A DNA stretch of 32,000 nt from an archaeon (GCA_024275415.1 JAJRZD010000015.1:1-32000), one strand, 5' to 3'. Positions 11,221 through 22,257 are shown, numbered from the stretch's first letter. The notes: generated by a model from the sequence alone, not told the origin. Numbers and translations are program-made.

Positions 11221-14200
11221 TTAGATCATCTCCTTGAGTCGCAGCCTAGTGGCCAGACCGAGTGACATCATTTCTTGAATCAGTAATTTGAACGCGTAAG
11301 ACACGACCACATTGCTGATCTTGGATCCAGTGCCGCATATGGGGCAATAGTAGGTATCCCTGTTCCGGTCATAGACACCTATGAGACCACATTCCTCACA
11401 GACGAGCATATTGCTCTTGTCAGACTCATCGAGTAGTCTGCCCTTCAAGAGAATGGCAGCACCGTGTCCGATGAGCACATCACGTTCCATCTCTCCGAAC
11501 CGGAGTCCTCCTTCCCTAGCACGTCCTTCGGTGGGTTGGCGGGTCAAGATCTGGACGGGTCCTCTGGCTCGAGCATGTATCTTGTCTGCGACCATGTGAT
11601 GCAGTTTCTGGTAGTAGATGACACCGATGAAGATGTCAGTCTTCAGTTTCTGTCCGGTGATGCCAGAATACATGACCTCGCGGCCGTTGTGTTTCAGGCC
11701 GTGCTTCTTCATTATTTCGAAGAGTTCCTCTTCAGTCACTCCACAGAAGGGAGTGGCATCTTGTTGTCTGCCAGCCATCGCCCCTGCTTTCCCTGCAATC
11801 ATTTCCATGATCTGGCCGATGGTCATCCGGCTGGGAATTGCATGGGGGTTGATGATGAGGTCAGGCACGACACCGTCCTCGGTAAAGGGAACATCCTGTT
11901 GTGGGACTATGTACCCAATAACGCCCTTCTGTCCGTGACGGGAGGCGTATTTGTCACCAAGCTCGGGGATTCGTAGATCCCTTACTTTTACTTTTACCAA
12001 TCGATTCCCATCGATGGTTTCTGTGAGGATGACGCTATCAACCACTCCTGCCTCGCCATGGCGTACAGCCACTGAGGTCTCTCGGCGGTTGGGGGAAGCA
12101 ATCTCGAATTCCGAGTATTCCTCAAGGAACCGCGGAGGTTAGGTTCTTCCAATTAGGACATCGCCGCCCTGCACCTCGACTTCTGTTTCGATGATACCGT
12201 CCTCGCCAAGGTTCCTGTAGGACTCCGAAGCACGATACCCACGGACACTTCTGTCTGGAACCTCGAAGCGATCCTCCTGACCGCCAGGGTACTTTCGTTC
12301 TTCGCTCTCATAGACACGGGCGAAGGTGCTTCTGCCAAGGCCTCGCTCGATAGAGGCTTTATTCATGATAAGAGCGTCCTCGATATTGTAGCCCTCGAAG
12401 GACAGAATTCCGACCACGAAGTTCTGGCCGGCGGGTCGCTCCTCGAACCCGATGGAATCCATGGCACGGGTCTTGACTATGGGTATCTGTGGATAATGGA
12501 AGAAATGTGAGCGAGTGTCAGCACGGAACTTGAAGTTAGCAGCCGGGACACCCACACTCTGCTTGGCCATCCCTGCCATGTACACGTTACGGGGCGACTG
12601 GTTCCGCTCTGGGAACGGGATGAGTGCTGCCGATATACCAAGAATCGTGGAGGGCACTATCTCAAGATGTGTGGTTCGCGGACCGATATCGTCAGGGGTC
12701 ATGGCAATGAGTGTGTTCTCTTCTTCCTCGGCATCCACAAACTCGACGATGCCATTCCTCAACAAATCCGTGAATGTCCATTCACCATCTGCAACCATGC
12801 GTAGGTGCTCATCTGTCAACCGGCTCTTGCCGTTCTCTACGACTATAACGGGTCTCCTGACACGACCTGCATCGCAATTGACCTGCACCTCGTTCGTGTC
12901 CTCATAATATGCGATATTGACCTCCTCATTGATTTCGCCTGCACGACGCTTCTGCCGGATGGTCTTGGCAAGTACTTGAGGGGCGGGATGGATGCCTACT
13001 AGACGACCGTTAAGAAAGACATCAGCCCATTTCGCACCCCGTTTTCCTCGGAGCTTCTCGATGGATTCTACCTCAGCCTTGTAGAGCGCTCTTTCGACAG
13101 CATCCTCGCCTGTACCTACCGAGATGTATGCCATCATTGCAATGTTTTTGACAAGCCCGCAGTTTGGTCCTTCGGGAGTTTCGTTCGGACATATCTTGCC
13201 CCAATGTGTGGAGTGAAGGTCTCGTGCCTCAAAATGAGGCTGTGATCGTGAGAGGGGGGATACGACTCGTCTCAGGTGAGAGAGAGACGAGATATAGTTC
13301 GTCCGGTCAAGGAGCTGTGACACTCCGGCCTTGCCACCTACCCAATTGCCTGTGGCTAATGCATGCTTCAGGCGCTGTGTGATGACATCGGCGCGTACAG
13401 CTGTCCGGATGTTCGGTTTCCTGCCACGGACTGCTGTCCGTTCGAGTTGATACTTGATATCACGGGTCAGGGAATAGAGTGCCACACGGAACAGCGACAT
13501 GAGTAGGTCACCGGAGAGTTTGAGGCGCTTGTTGGCGTAGTGGTCCTTGTCATCCTGAGTGCGCTTGCCCAGAACGAGCTCAAGCAGACGTTCCACCATC
13601 TGCCCAAGATAGTATGCTTTCTGGAGCCTGTGATGCTCCTCAGTCCCGATGTGTGGAAGCAGGTATCGATCTAGCACTTTCTCTGCGCGCGCAAGACGAT
13701 ACTCTTTGGTCTGACCCACTGCGACTCGTTTCCCAATGAAATCAAGCGCATTGTTCCTAGTAGAGGTCTCTTCATCCTCTTCGCCCCTCATGACATTGAT
13801 TGGTGTTGCCTGCTCTATGGTGACGATGAGCTCGTTTCGAATCTCATCATCATCAGAGATGACTTCGGCAATGTCCCTGTCAGACTCGAGCCCTAGGGCT
13901 TTCATAAGTATCGCAAGAGGAATCTTCCCGGGCACAGATGGGAAAGAAACCCTGAGTTCTCCTGTGCGCTTTCGTTCGATGGTAACTGGTGCACGGAAAC
14001 CCCTGCTTGTCGAGAAGACCTTTGCAATGTGGGTGTAGCTCGAGCTCTTGCTCGCCTCCTCGATAAGGATTCTATTAGGCGCCAAATCCTCCTGTGTTAC
14101 TAAGACGCGCTCAGACCCGTTGATGATGAAGTAGCCTCCCGGGTCATTTGGATCCTCACCGTGCTTGATGAGATCTTCTTCGGACATACCATGAAGAAGA

Positions 14201-14595
14201 CAGGTTTCACTCCTCAGCATGATTGGAAGGTCACCAACATAGATACGCATCGTTTCAAGCCTCGTGGTCACTGAGCCCTCTTGGCGGACAGGAGTCATAT
14301 CAAGGAACAACTTGCTGGCATATGTGAGGTTGCGTATCCTTGCCTCGTTTGGGTAGAGGGGATGTTCGCTTCCATCTGCCTCCCGCACTGAGGGCGGCAT
14401 TACTGTTATCTCTCCAAGATCCACAAAATATCCCTCGACCTTGGGATTGAGTCGTCCAACACTGTCTACGACTTGCTGCAACTCCTCTCGTACAAACCGA
14501 TTGAACGAGTCAAGATGCTGACCCACAAGTCCTTTTTCTGCGAAATATGACTCGATTACTGGCCAATACTTCTGCCTCTCGCTTAAACTCGACAT
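11221..14595 (-). CDS. rpoB: RNA polymerase subunit B (unsplit Rpo2, about 1124 aa) with an in-frame TAA at 12139-12141
   Basis: Both ORF-track pieces are in one frame; [31 protein letters not shown]; the stop replaces Ser of GRTSPPRF. Confidence 0.95.
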
Positions 14596-14747
14596 TGAGC
14601 TACACCCTTTCCATTGTGGACGGGGTAACTACTGCAGTCCGTGTCGCTTCCCAAAGCAGTCCCAGAGAACCCGAGCTTGCTCATCTGCCGCAATAGCCGC
14701 CCCGTTGTTTTGTCTCTCACAACCTTCCCCAAAACAAGCCTAAATTA

Positions 14748-14889
14748 TGGCGGGCTCGGCGGGAAATTCCACCTCCATGGGAGTCATGGGGGTATTTGAA
14801 CCCGCGGCCCATCCCCGTGCAAAGAGAGAGATGCTCTCTTGCTCTTCAGGTTAAAAGCCTGCTGCGCTACCTAGCTGCGCCACGAGCCC
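14748..14889 (-). tRNA. tRNA-Lys(UUU) with two introns (14811-14845, 35 nt, at about 43/44; 14765-14794, 30 nt, at 59/60)
   Basis: Acceptor stem GGGCTCG/CGAGCCC, loop CTTTTAA, TTCAAAT, encoded CCA; 77 nt after intron removal. Confidence 0.92.
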
Positions 14890-15406
14890 CTATTGCCATA
14901 TGATTCCCGAGCAACGATGAGATGCACGTTGGCATATGACTACCATACAGCATTGCTAACGGTCATGCATGATCTGGGAAGCGGTTGTGCTGAGCACTCG
15001 AATCCACCTGTGTGAAAATAAAAGGTTTTCCTTGGAACGAAATTTAGAGTATCAACTAACTTGGAGATTTGCGGCCTATGAGCTTGTCCACATATTGTAT
15101 TCTGAGGTAAAAAGGATTTTGCTGGCACGGGGAACGTGTCAGGTATAACGGGTAATGGAAGTTCCGGCTGAAAGAAGACGTGTGGAGGTCACAATAAGAC
15201 AGACTGCGACCGGGTTTGTTTATGCCAAGATTGTCCTGCTGGCGTTTTTACTCAATGAGTCGGTCATGGGTCTCTTTTAATACATGTCACAATGTTTTTA
15301 TTATGACCATCGAAAGTCGGCGAGGTTCTACTGGAATGACCGGGAGAGCCGTCTATTCTCTGGACCAGTTGTGCGATCCTGTCCGGAACAAGAGCGTGAT
15401 AATAAC

Positions 15407-16060
15407 ATGTCATCAAGAAGTCGTCAAGCAGCGGCACGAACAAGGGACAAATGGAGAGAGAAAGTCTGGTATCAAATCAGGTCTCCGGAGTATTTTGGCG
15501 AGAAGGATATCGGGATGACCCCTGCTGGAAACCCCGAGTTATTGATCGGTCGCACTGTAAAACCCACGCTCTACGATTTGACAGGTAATTTCGACCAAAT
15601 CCATGTGAAGCTGAGATTCAAAATCATCGAGGTTGTAGGTCAGGAGGCTAAGACCGTATTTCACGGTCATGAATGGAGTTCAGATTATCTCAGAGGGCTA
15701 GTCAGGAGAGGTACTTCTCGTATCGACTGGATAGGCCCTATTCTTACAAAAGATGACTACCTCATGCGGATCTCCGTAATCGTATTCACTACGTCACGGT
15801 CAAAGACCAGTCAGGAGCATTCAGTTAGGAAAGCTATCGAGAAGGTCATCAGGGCACATGCAAAGAAGCATGTCTTTGACGAGCTGGTCACTAAGGTCGT
15901 CCTTGGCGAGCTTGCTTCGGAAGTCCGTGAAGAGGTCAAGAAGATAGTACCGATCCGAGAATGTGAGATTCGAAAGAGCAAAGTGCTCAAAGGGCCCGAA
16001 GAGGTCAAGGCGCGCAGAGCAAGGCTTCGAAGGGGCACCGAGAAGAAGAAGTCGGGCTAG
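15407..16060 (+). CDS. rps3ae: 30S ribosomal protein eS1 (S3Ae)
   Basis: DKWREKVWY, GRTVKPTLYDLTG, YLRGLVRRGTSRID, EIRKSKVL; start at ATG 15407. Confidence 0.96.
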   Translation: MSSRSRQAAARTRDKWREKVWYQIRSPEYFGEKDIGMTPAGNPELLIGRTVKPTLYDLTGNFDQIHVKLRFKIIEVVGQEAKTVFHGHEWSSDYLRGLVRRGTSRIDWIGPILTKDDYLMRISVIVFTTSRSKTSQEHSVRKAIEKVIRAHAKKHVFDELVTKVVLGELASEVREEVKKIVPIRECEIRKSKVLKGPEEVKARRARLRRGTEKKKSG

Positions 16061-16136
16061 ACCTGTCCCTCAAGTCAGAGGGACAGATGTGTGCTCTCAG
16101 ACGCAGACCATTCACAATCAGGCAATATTACCCAGT

Positions 16137-16490
16137 TCAGGCATTCATCCGTTTCAGCTTGTCAAGCGCCTGAAGAAGAAGCACCATCAGGTTGGCAAGT
16201 TTTGTGAGGGCCTCTGTATCGTTCTCTCGTTCTATGAGGACATTAAGCGTTCTTAGCTTGATGAGGAGTGTTTCTTTGAGTTCTGGGAGCAGTTCTTTCA
16301 CAGTCCGTGTTTCGACTTCCTCATCAGAAGATGCATAGACAATCCTCCTGTCGCACATCGCACAATAGATGTCATCACCCACCTTGAGGAGGGGTGTCCC
16401 GCACTTAGGACAACCATCTGCAAGCATTGTCGCACCCTGCTGTAACAACTGGGCCATCCTCTTCACCGATGTGTCCTTTCTATCGTTCAT
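16137..16490 (-). CDS. UPF0148/Auto_anti-p27 zinc-ribbon protein
   Basis: LLQQGATMLADGCPKCGTPL...CAMC; start at ATG 16490. Confidence 0.85.
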   Translation of the reverse strand: MNDRKDTSVKRMAQLLQQGATMLADGCPKCGTPLLKVGDDIYCAMCDRRIVYASSDEEVETRTVKELLPELKETLLIKLRTLNVLIERENDTEALTKLANLMVLLLQALDKLKRMNA

Positions 16491-16652
16491 CGTGAATCCA
16501 GTGATGGATGTCCTCAATCCTTTATGAGAGTTGTTGGATGCTATGTACATCCATTCCTCTGCCGAAAGAATGATATGAGGATGTTATCCACCTCTCACTT
16601 GTTAGTTCGCACTGCATTTCGTGCGTCGAGACAATTTCAGAGGTGAGTCCCA

Positions 16653-16916
16653 ATGGACCCCGAAGTACAGAGAAGCATAGACCAATCAAAGCACCTTTTG
16701 AGGCAAATCGCTGATGACTCGTCAGTGCCTCGAAACATAAGACGTGCAGCCAATGAAGCTATTGCGGTTCTTGAGAATGAGAGCGATTCACCTGCTGTCA
16801 GGGCTCAGAATGCGATTGCAATACTTGATGACCCTAGTCAGGATCCGAACTGTCCGAACCATGCCCGAACTAAAATCTGGCATGTATCCAGTTTACTGGA
16901 ACCAATTCGCGACTAG
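16653..16916 (+). CDS. UPF0147 family protein
   Basis: DSSVPRNIRRAA, LDDPSQDPNCPNHARTKIW. Confidence 0.9.
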   Translation: MDPEVQRSIDQSKHLLRQIADDSSVPRNIRRAANEAIAVLENESDSPAVRAQNAIAILDDPSQDPNCPNHARTKIWHVSSLLEPIRD

Positions 16917-16999
16917 AGCTAGTGCGGACCAAGAACTGAGATTCGTACCTTCCTGTCAAAGAGAAGGTCTGTAGCTCATGTAGCACGGACGGAAAATGC

Positions 17000-18457
17000 G
17001 TGATTAAGGCTCGAATAAGAGGAATCTATTCACAATCATTGACGCGGATAATGCTGCAGAACCATTTTGAGATGGTTCAACCTACTCCTGAAGTGGCTAG
17101 AAGGTTTGGCCTCCCCTATCGAGCGGAAATCCCAGATGTTGATATCTGGGATAGAAGTGACCTACAGGGCATCGTGGCCATTGCTTACGAGTCAATCCTG
17201 AGAAAGCTCACCGATGTGCTTCGGAGAAGGCTTGGATGGGTGATAACCCGCACCCCAAGAGTCGCAAAGAGCTCAATCTACAAGGGAGTTGTGATAGGTA
17301 GGGATGATAAGACTGGATACACTCGCGTGAACATAGGGCCAATCATTGGGTTGCTACCAGAGTTTTCTCCCGAAAGGGGAAGGTCTATCATGGTTCAAGT
17401 GAAAGCGCATGATTATGGTCGGAAAGCACCAGTACTCTCCTCTAACATCACGATTCCGGGAAAAGCCGCCGTACTTCTTCCAGATCCTGTCGTTCGGCTG
17501 AGCACCAAAATCAAGGGACAAAAAGAACGTGGGAGCCTCTTGGCGATAGGAAGGAAACTGAGAGTTCATACAGAGCCATGGGGAATCCTCTGGAGGACAG
17601 CAGCAACTAGGCTCACTGATGAAGAACTCTACAATGAGATTGAGAACCTGTTGGACACTGCACAAAAGATAGAGGATAGCTTCAATCAGATTGCAGAAAC
17701 TGGTCTCCTGTTCGAGGGAACCAGCAATGCGGATATAGAGTTCCCAGCAGAGGTGAAAGAAGCACTGGATAAGACCCGTGCGAAGATACGACCGACCATC
17801 CAACATCATCATTTCTACAAGAGTGCTGGATATGCTTCGTTAGTGGATTTCGCAGAGATGATGATTGAAGATAGGCCAAATGACCGTGAATATGTCAGGT
17901 CGAAGCTCGAAAAGGTGATTGGCAGGGATATGCCCAAAGTTGAAGATCCCATCAATATAGTGCACACGAAACTAGACGGACGCTGCATAGTATTGTCGAA
18001 AGGAAGAGTTGTGGATAGCAATAACAATGCGTTTCTGATACGAAGACAGTTCAGGCATACCACACGAAAGCTAAAGATGACTCCTGAAAGCGTTGACGGT
18101 GTAGTTGTTCCTAGAGATGAAGGCGACTATTCCATCACGAGGGTAGTTCCAGGGTCGATGATCCTCATCACAGACTATTATTCACGAGAGAACAAACATA
18201 AGGGAACCTATGTGAATATCAACACTGGTGTAGAGGTATATCCAAGCAATGGTTCTGTCCCGAGCACTATACGGTATGTTGACCTTGAGATAGATGTTGT
18301 CGCACCAAAGAGAGGACAGACACGAATCATCGATCAGCATCTCCTGAAGCGTGCTGTACAAAGGGGATTCATAACTGAGGAAATGGCAGACCTAGCACGG
18401 GCAAAGGCAAAGGCGGAGTATAGACGCTTGGTATCGAATGTGAAAAGTATTGCATGA
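17000..18457 (+). CDS. fau-1: FAU-1-like ribonuclease (RNase G/E-like plus DUF402)
   Basis: ARIRGIYSQSLT, GILWRTAA, GTYVNINTGVE, YVDLEIDVV. Confidence 0.88.
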   Translation: MIKARIRGIYSQSLTRIMLQNHFEMVQPTPEVARRFGLPYRAEIPDVDIWDRSDLQGIVAIAYESILRKLTDVLRRRLGWVITRTPRVAKSSIYKGVVIGRDDKTGYTRVNIGPIIGLLPEFSPERGRSIMVQVKAHDYGRKAPVLSSNITIPGKAAVLLPDPVVRLSTKIKGQKERGSLLAIGRKLRVHTEPWGILWRTAATRLTDEELYNEIENLLDTAQKIEDSFNQIAETGLLFEGTSNADIEFPAEVKEALDKTRAKIRPTIQHHHFYKSAGYASLVDFAEMMIEDRPNDREYVRSKLEKVIGRDMPKVEDPINIVHTKLDGRCIVLSKGRVVDSNNNAFLIRRQFRHTTRKLKMTPESVDGVVVPRDEGDYSITRVVPGSMILITDYYSRENKHKGTYVNINTGVEVYPSNGSVPSTIRYVDLEIDVVAPKRGQTRIIDQHLLKRAVQRGFITEEMADLARAKAKAEYRRLVSNVKSIA

Positions 18458-18458
18458 G

Positions 18459-18707
18459 TCATTCTAACGATTCACATGTGCGAATTGCAAGATCAATCGC
18501 GCTCATGATGTCCTCTATCGTCGCACTGAAACTATTGATACCCCGATTGCACTTGATATAAATCCTAAGAGATTCATTAACTGTTTCAGAACATATCTCG
18601 ATTCCTGTTGGGAGTGGCGAATTATCAGGGCTGATTGCTTGTAGGACGAGATTGGCATCAGTAGATGATTTGAATTCTAGTTCGATGGTTGCTTGCAGAA
18701 CGGTCAT
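18459..18707 (-). CDS. pcc1: KEOPS subunit Pcc1
   Basis: Size 82 aa, AISPDN motif, position after the DHH gene in the rps15 cluster. Confidence 0.75.
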   Translation of the reverse strand: MTVLQATIELEFKSSTDANLVLQAISPDNSPLPTGIEICSETVNESLRIYIKCNRGINSFSATIEDIMSAIDLAIRTCESLE

Positions 18708-20023
18708 GCCTCCTTGAGAAGTATTGTCAAAGCTTCTATTATGGTTTCATGGGTGTCAGCAGAAGTATCCGGTATCCTGACCGCTCTTGCTGAAACAGAC
18801 GAGTGTTCGATAGCCCTATTGAAAAGTGCAGCTGACACGGAGAATAACGTGAGTGGTTTCTTCCATACCAAGGTGGTTGACCCTTCAGAAACCATTATGA
18901 CGAACATGCACTCCTTAGTAATGTTAGAATCAAGAGCTATGCGTCCTACATCAGCAAGCGTGTGTTCTGAGAGGGCTCTTGTGTCTACAATGACATAAGT
19001 ACTGGAGATATCTACGCTACCATCGTTCTCATCCAACAGAATATTCAACTTGGCGACATCTGAAATGGTTTCCTTGCAATGGCGTCGATATTCAGATATC
19101 ATGTCTGAGAGAGATCGAGCACGATCTCCAATCAAGACGCTCAACAGAACTCCTGTGATTTGTCTGCTCCATGCCATACGTGCGAGGGAAGATATACTTG
19201 AGAGATATCGCAGAGGGCTTGTCCGAGGTTCTAACAGGAATTCATAGTCATTGCCAAGGATATGTTCCACTACTGAAGGATGTAATGATGGTAAGAGCAC
19301 TCCGTTAAGTTGGCGAGCTTCGTCGGATGCAAGCTCGCTGAGAGGGGATCTCCACTTGCTGAAACGTATGCCTGCGTCATCAAAAATCTTCTGGCAGGCT
19401 TCAGGATTACCACTGAGCGAGTCAAGATAGGGATAGATGTTATTTGTAAATACCTCATCTAAAGTGAGAAAGTTGAAACCAGGAATCTTGAAGCCTTTTC
19501 GAGGGGCAAGCAGTCCTTCCTCGACCGAAGTTTGGATTATCTTAGAAGCTTCGTTTCCAGAGGCATCCTGAAGCAGTGAGCCGATTGCAGCAAGGGCCAC
19601 TTCAGCAGCCTCAATGTCCATCGTTGCCAATCCAAATGCACAAGCCTCGACGGCAGCAGGGGATGAAACAGGTTCCTTTTTGATAGAGGTGGTCTTAGGA
19701 TAGAACGTACCTCCAATCGGAAGAAAACAGTCGGGGTTGCTTGGTTTACCAATGACATTAACGCCAACCGACAAAATCAGTGTTTCAGTGCCATCATAAT
19801 AGTACTTCTCAGCTTGGGCGACAGGGATGATGGGGTTGCAAAAGGTCACATGAAAGAGAAACTTTGCTCGTAATGCCGCACGACAGAGTATTGATGTTGC
19901 TGTTACAGAGTGAGGTAGATAAGAACTGATAATCACGACCTTTTTGAAACTCTTCAGATCAATATCTACGAATCTGCTCTTGAGCTGATTCCTAAGAGAA
20001 TCAGGGAGGATGCTATCAGTCAT
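18704..20023 (-). CDS. Degenerate DHH/RecJ-Cdc45-like protein
   Basis: Conserved rps15-DHH-pcc1 synteny; RecJ-like layout with no intact DHH motif. Confidence 0.65.
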   Translation of the reverse strand: MTDSILPDSLRNQLKSRFVDIDLKSFKKVVIISSYLPHSVTATSILCRAALRAKFLFHVTFCNPIIPVAQAEKYYYDGTETLILSVGVNVIGKPSNPDCFLPIGGTFYPKTTSIKKEPVSSPAAVEACAFGLATMDIEAAEVALAAIGSLLQDASGNEASKIIQTSVEEGLLAPRKGFKIPGFNFLTLDEVFTNNIYPYLDSLSGNPEACQKIFDDAGIRFSKWRSPLSELASDEARQLNGVLLPSLHPSVVEHILGNDYEFLLEPRTSPLRYLSSISSLARMAWSRQITGVLLSVLIGDRARSLSDMISEYRRHCKETISDVAKLNILLDENDGSVDISSTYVIVDTRALSEHTLADVGRIALDSNITKECMFVIMVSEGSTTLVWKKPLTLFSVSAALFNRAIEHSSVSARAVRIPDTSADTHETIIEALTILLKEA

Positions 20024-20059
20024 CTCAAGGAGGACAAGACAGAGTGACCCATGATAAAA

Positions 20060-20518
20060 TTATCTAAGGAGCACCGCGGCCTTGTCAGGCGAGTATTTCC
20101 AGTCGGCAGGAAGAACCTGTTTCTTTCGATAATATTTTGAGAGCCTGTGAATCTTGCTCTCGACAAGCTGGAGTCCCCGTTTGGAAACAAAGTCTTTCTT
20201 TCCGTGTTCCTCAAGGTGGCGCCTAATCTTGAGTGCCTTTGCGATCATGTTCCGCAAATCCTCAGGAACTCTGCGCTGAAGGTCATGTTCTTTGATAATC
20301 TGATTGATTCTTTTGCCGGTAATCACTTTCACAAGGGGGATTCCATACTGGTCACGAAGGATCAGCCCAATCATGCTTGGAGTGTTACCTGCCTTTGCAA
20401 GCTCTACAACTTTCTCTTCGATCCAAGCTGCATCCTTGTCCATCCATTCAGGGACTTGTAGTGTAGATGGGCGCTTGCTACTTGACTGACCTTTTCGTCG
20501 TGTGTGCATTCTTGCCAT
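20060..20518 (-). CDS. rps15: 30S ribosomal protein uS15
   Basis: MARMHTRRKGQSSSKRP, LRDQYGIP, ESKIHRLSKYY. Confidence 0.98.
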   Translation of the reverse strand: MARMHTRRKGQSSSKRPSTLQVPEWMDKDAAWIEEKVVELAKAGNTPSMIGLILRDQYGIPLVKVITGKRINQIIKEHDLQRRVPEDLRNMIAKALKIRRHLEEHGKKDFVSKRGLQLVESKIHRLSKYYRKKQVLPADWKYSPDKAAVLLR

Positions 20519-20638
20519 AGTGTTAACCTCTTGAGGGGAAGGTTTGACATAAACCGGCTATTCTCGATGGGCTTAGGACTGTGGATATAAACATTATCGT
20601 TTGTACGACATCGCCGGCAAAGGATTGACAAGCACATG

Positions 20639-21274
20639 TCAATGATACCGGCCTCGCTCACGAATCGCATCCATCCTTTCGAGAACAGGCTCAGCCTCTT
20701 TGCCCAACTCATCTACGTACCCTTCAATCGTTCGTGAGAGCATATTCTCTTGCATATCCCAATGCGATGTTTCCAACGCCCGTTTGATGAGGTGCAAGTC
20801 CACCCCTTTCATCTCAACAGTGGCGTTCATTTCAGACAGACCAAAATCAATTATCCATGTTTTTTCATTTGAAGTTATCAACAAATTGCTGGTAGTAGGA
20901 TCTCCGTGAACCATCCCACCCCGATGGAGTTTGGCAATGATGCGACCAAAGCGATAACACAAGTTCCCCAAGGTGGTCGAGCCCAGTGTTGAAGCGACCT
21001 GCTTCAGAGGTGTTCCGGGAATATAATCCATCAAGATGCTATAATCATTAAGGTCAATAGCATGCACAGCGGGGGTGGGCACTCCAAGAGACCGCGCAAC
21101 ATTGAGACCCTTGCATTCGCGGCTAGTCCTACTTGCTCGAAGTGAACTGTCGATAGCAGGGATGAGATAGGGTTTACTGGGACGTGTCTTCAGGACAAAT
21201 GACCGATCCCATAGCGCGACCTTTGTGATGATCGATTCTGCTCCAATGGCTATGTGTGCTCCCTCAAGTCTCAT
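20639..21274 (-). CDS. bud32: KEOPS kinase Bud32
   Basis: GAES, VHGDPTTSN, IDFGLS, KGVDLHL; ATGA overlap with the kae1 stop. Confidence 0.93.
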   Translation of the reverse strand: MRLEGAHIAIGAESIITKVALWDRSFVLKTRPSKPYLIPAIDSSLRASRTSRECKGLNVARSLGVPTPAVHAIDLNDYSILMDYIPGTPLKQVASTLGSTTLGNLCYRFGRIIAKLHRGGMVHGDPTTSNLLITSNEKTWIIDFGLSEMNATVEMKGVDLHLIKRALETSHWDMQENMLSRTIEGYVDELGKEAEPVLERMDAIRERGRYH

Positions 21275-22257
21275 TCTTTCCACCCGATATCCTGTTCATC
21301 AGTCCTCCATTTCGGGAGGACTCCCGAAGATGAAATTTCAAGGGTATCGCCAACCCCATATTGCAGAATCCCAGTCCATGCAATCATCGCGCCTTGATCC
21401 CCAGCCAGAGGAGGAGACACACGATGGAATCTTGCACCATGCCGGTCTGCCACACCTTGGAGTATCTCTGTGAGCCTGTTATTCCTTGCAACGCCACCTG
21501 TTAGGAGTACTTCATTCTTCTTTGTATGCGCAATCGCCCGTTCAGCAACCTCTGCCAGCATCCCAAAAGCTGTTTCTTGGATGCTATAGCAGATGTCATC
21601 CAGAGGCAGTCCTTCGTCAAAAAGACGACGCGCAGACGTGAGCATTCCCGAATAGCTTATGTCCATCCCTTTCACGGAATATGGAAGCGTATGATATGTA
21701 GAACCCATTTTTGCCAATTTCTCGACCTTTGGACCCGCTGGGAACCGCATCCCCACATGTCTTCCAAAGACATCAAGCATATTCCCAATCGCAATATCAA
21801 GAGTTTCGCCAAAGGTACGGTATCTACCTCCTGCAAAGGCGATGACCTGAGAGTTCCCGCCCGATACATAGATGGTGACTGGGTCATTAAAACCAGACTC
21901 CAAGCTTCCAATCTCTATGTGTGCCACACAGTGATTGACACCAATCAATGGTACTCCCAGATGGAGGGACAATGATCGCGCCATGGTGGCAGTAGTGCGT
22001 AGGCACGGTCCAAGACCTGGGCCTTGTGAAAAAGCGATAATGTCAATTTGCTTAGGGGAAATGCCGGCATCATCGATAGACTGCCGTATCAGTAATGGAC
22101 CAAGATACGCATGGTGCTGACTTGCCTCGCGCGGGTGTATTCCGCCCTCATCAGGTCGTAACATGTCCCATACATTCGATAACACCAGACCCTCACTAGA
22201 AACAATCCCTGCACCGAATGAATGAGCGGTTCCTTCCAGACCGAGGCAGATGGTCAT
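21271..22257 (-). CDS. kae1: tRNA threonylcarbamoyltransferase Kae1
   Basis: LGLEGTAH, HPREASQHH, VNHCVAHIE, YVSGGNS, GDQGAMIA; start at ATG 22257 or 22290. Confidence 0.97.
   Translation of the reverse strand: MTICLGLEGTAHSFGAGIVSSEGLVLSNVWDMLRPDEGGIHPREASQHHAYLGPLLIRQSIDDAGISPKQIDIIAFSQGPGLGPCLRTTATMARSLSLHLGVPLIGVNHCVAHIEIGSLESGFNDPVTIYVSGGNSQVIAFAGGRYRTFGETLDIAIGNMLDVFGRHVGMRFPAGPKVEKLAKMGSTYHTLPYSVKGMDISYSGMLTSARRLFDEGLPLDDICYSIQETAFGMLAEVAERAIAHTKKNEVLLTGGVARNNRLTEILQGVADRHGARFHRVSPPLAGDQGAMIAWTGILQYGVGDTLEISSSGVLPKWRTDEQDIGWKE

Noticed and set aside
12072-12139. Canonical euryarchaeal RpoB''/B' split
   Set aside because: Wrong position (codon 819); the sequence is continuous in frame and there is no evident reinitiation site at the stop.
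13760-13810. Acidic insertion in RpoB ([13 protein letters not shown]) as a hidden intron
   Set aside because: No stable stem or bulge pattern; it is a variable surface region.
14811-14834. (GA)n/(CT)n tract as a microsatellite
   Set aside because: Explained by the stem of the tRNA-Lys intron.
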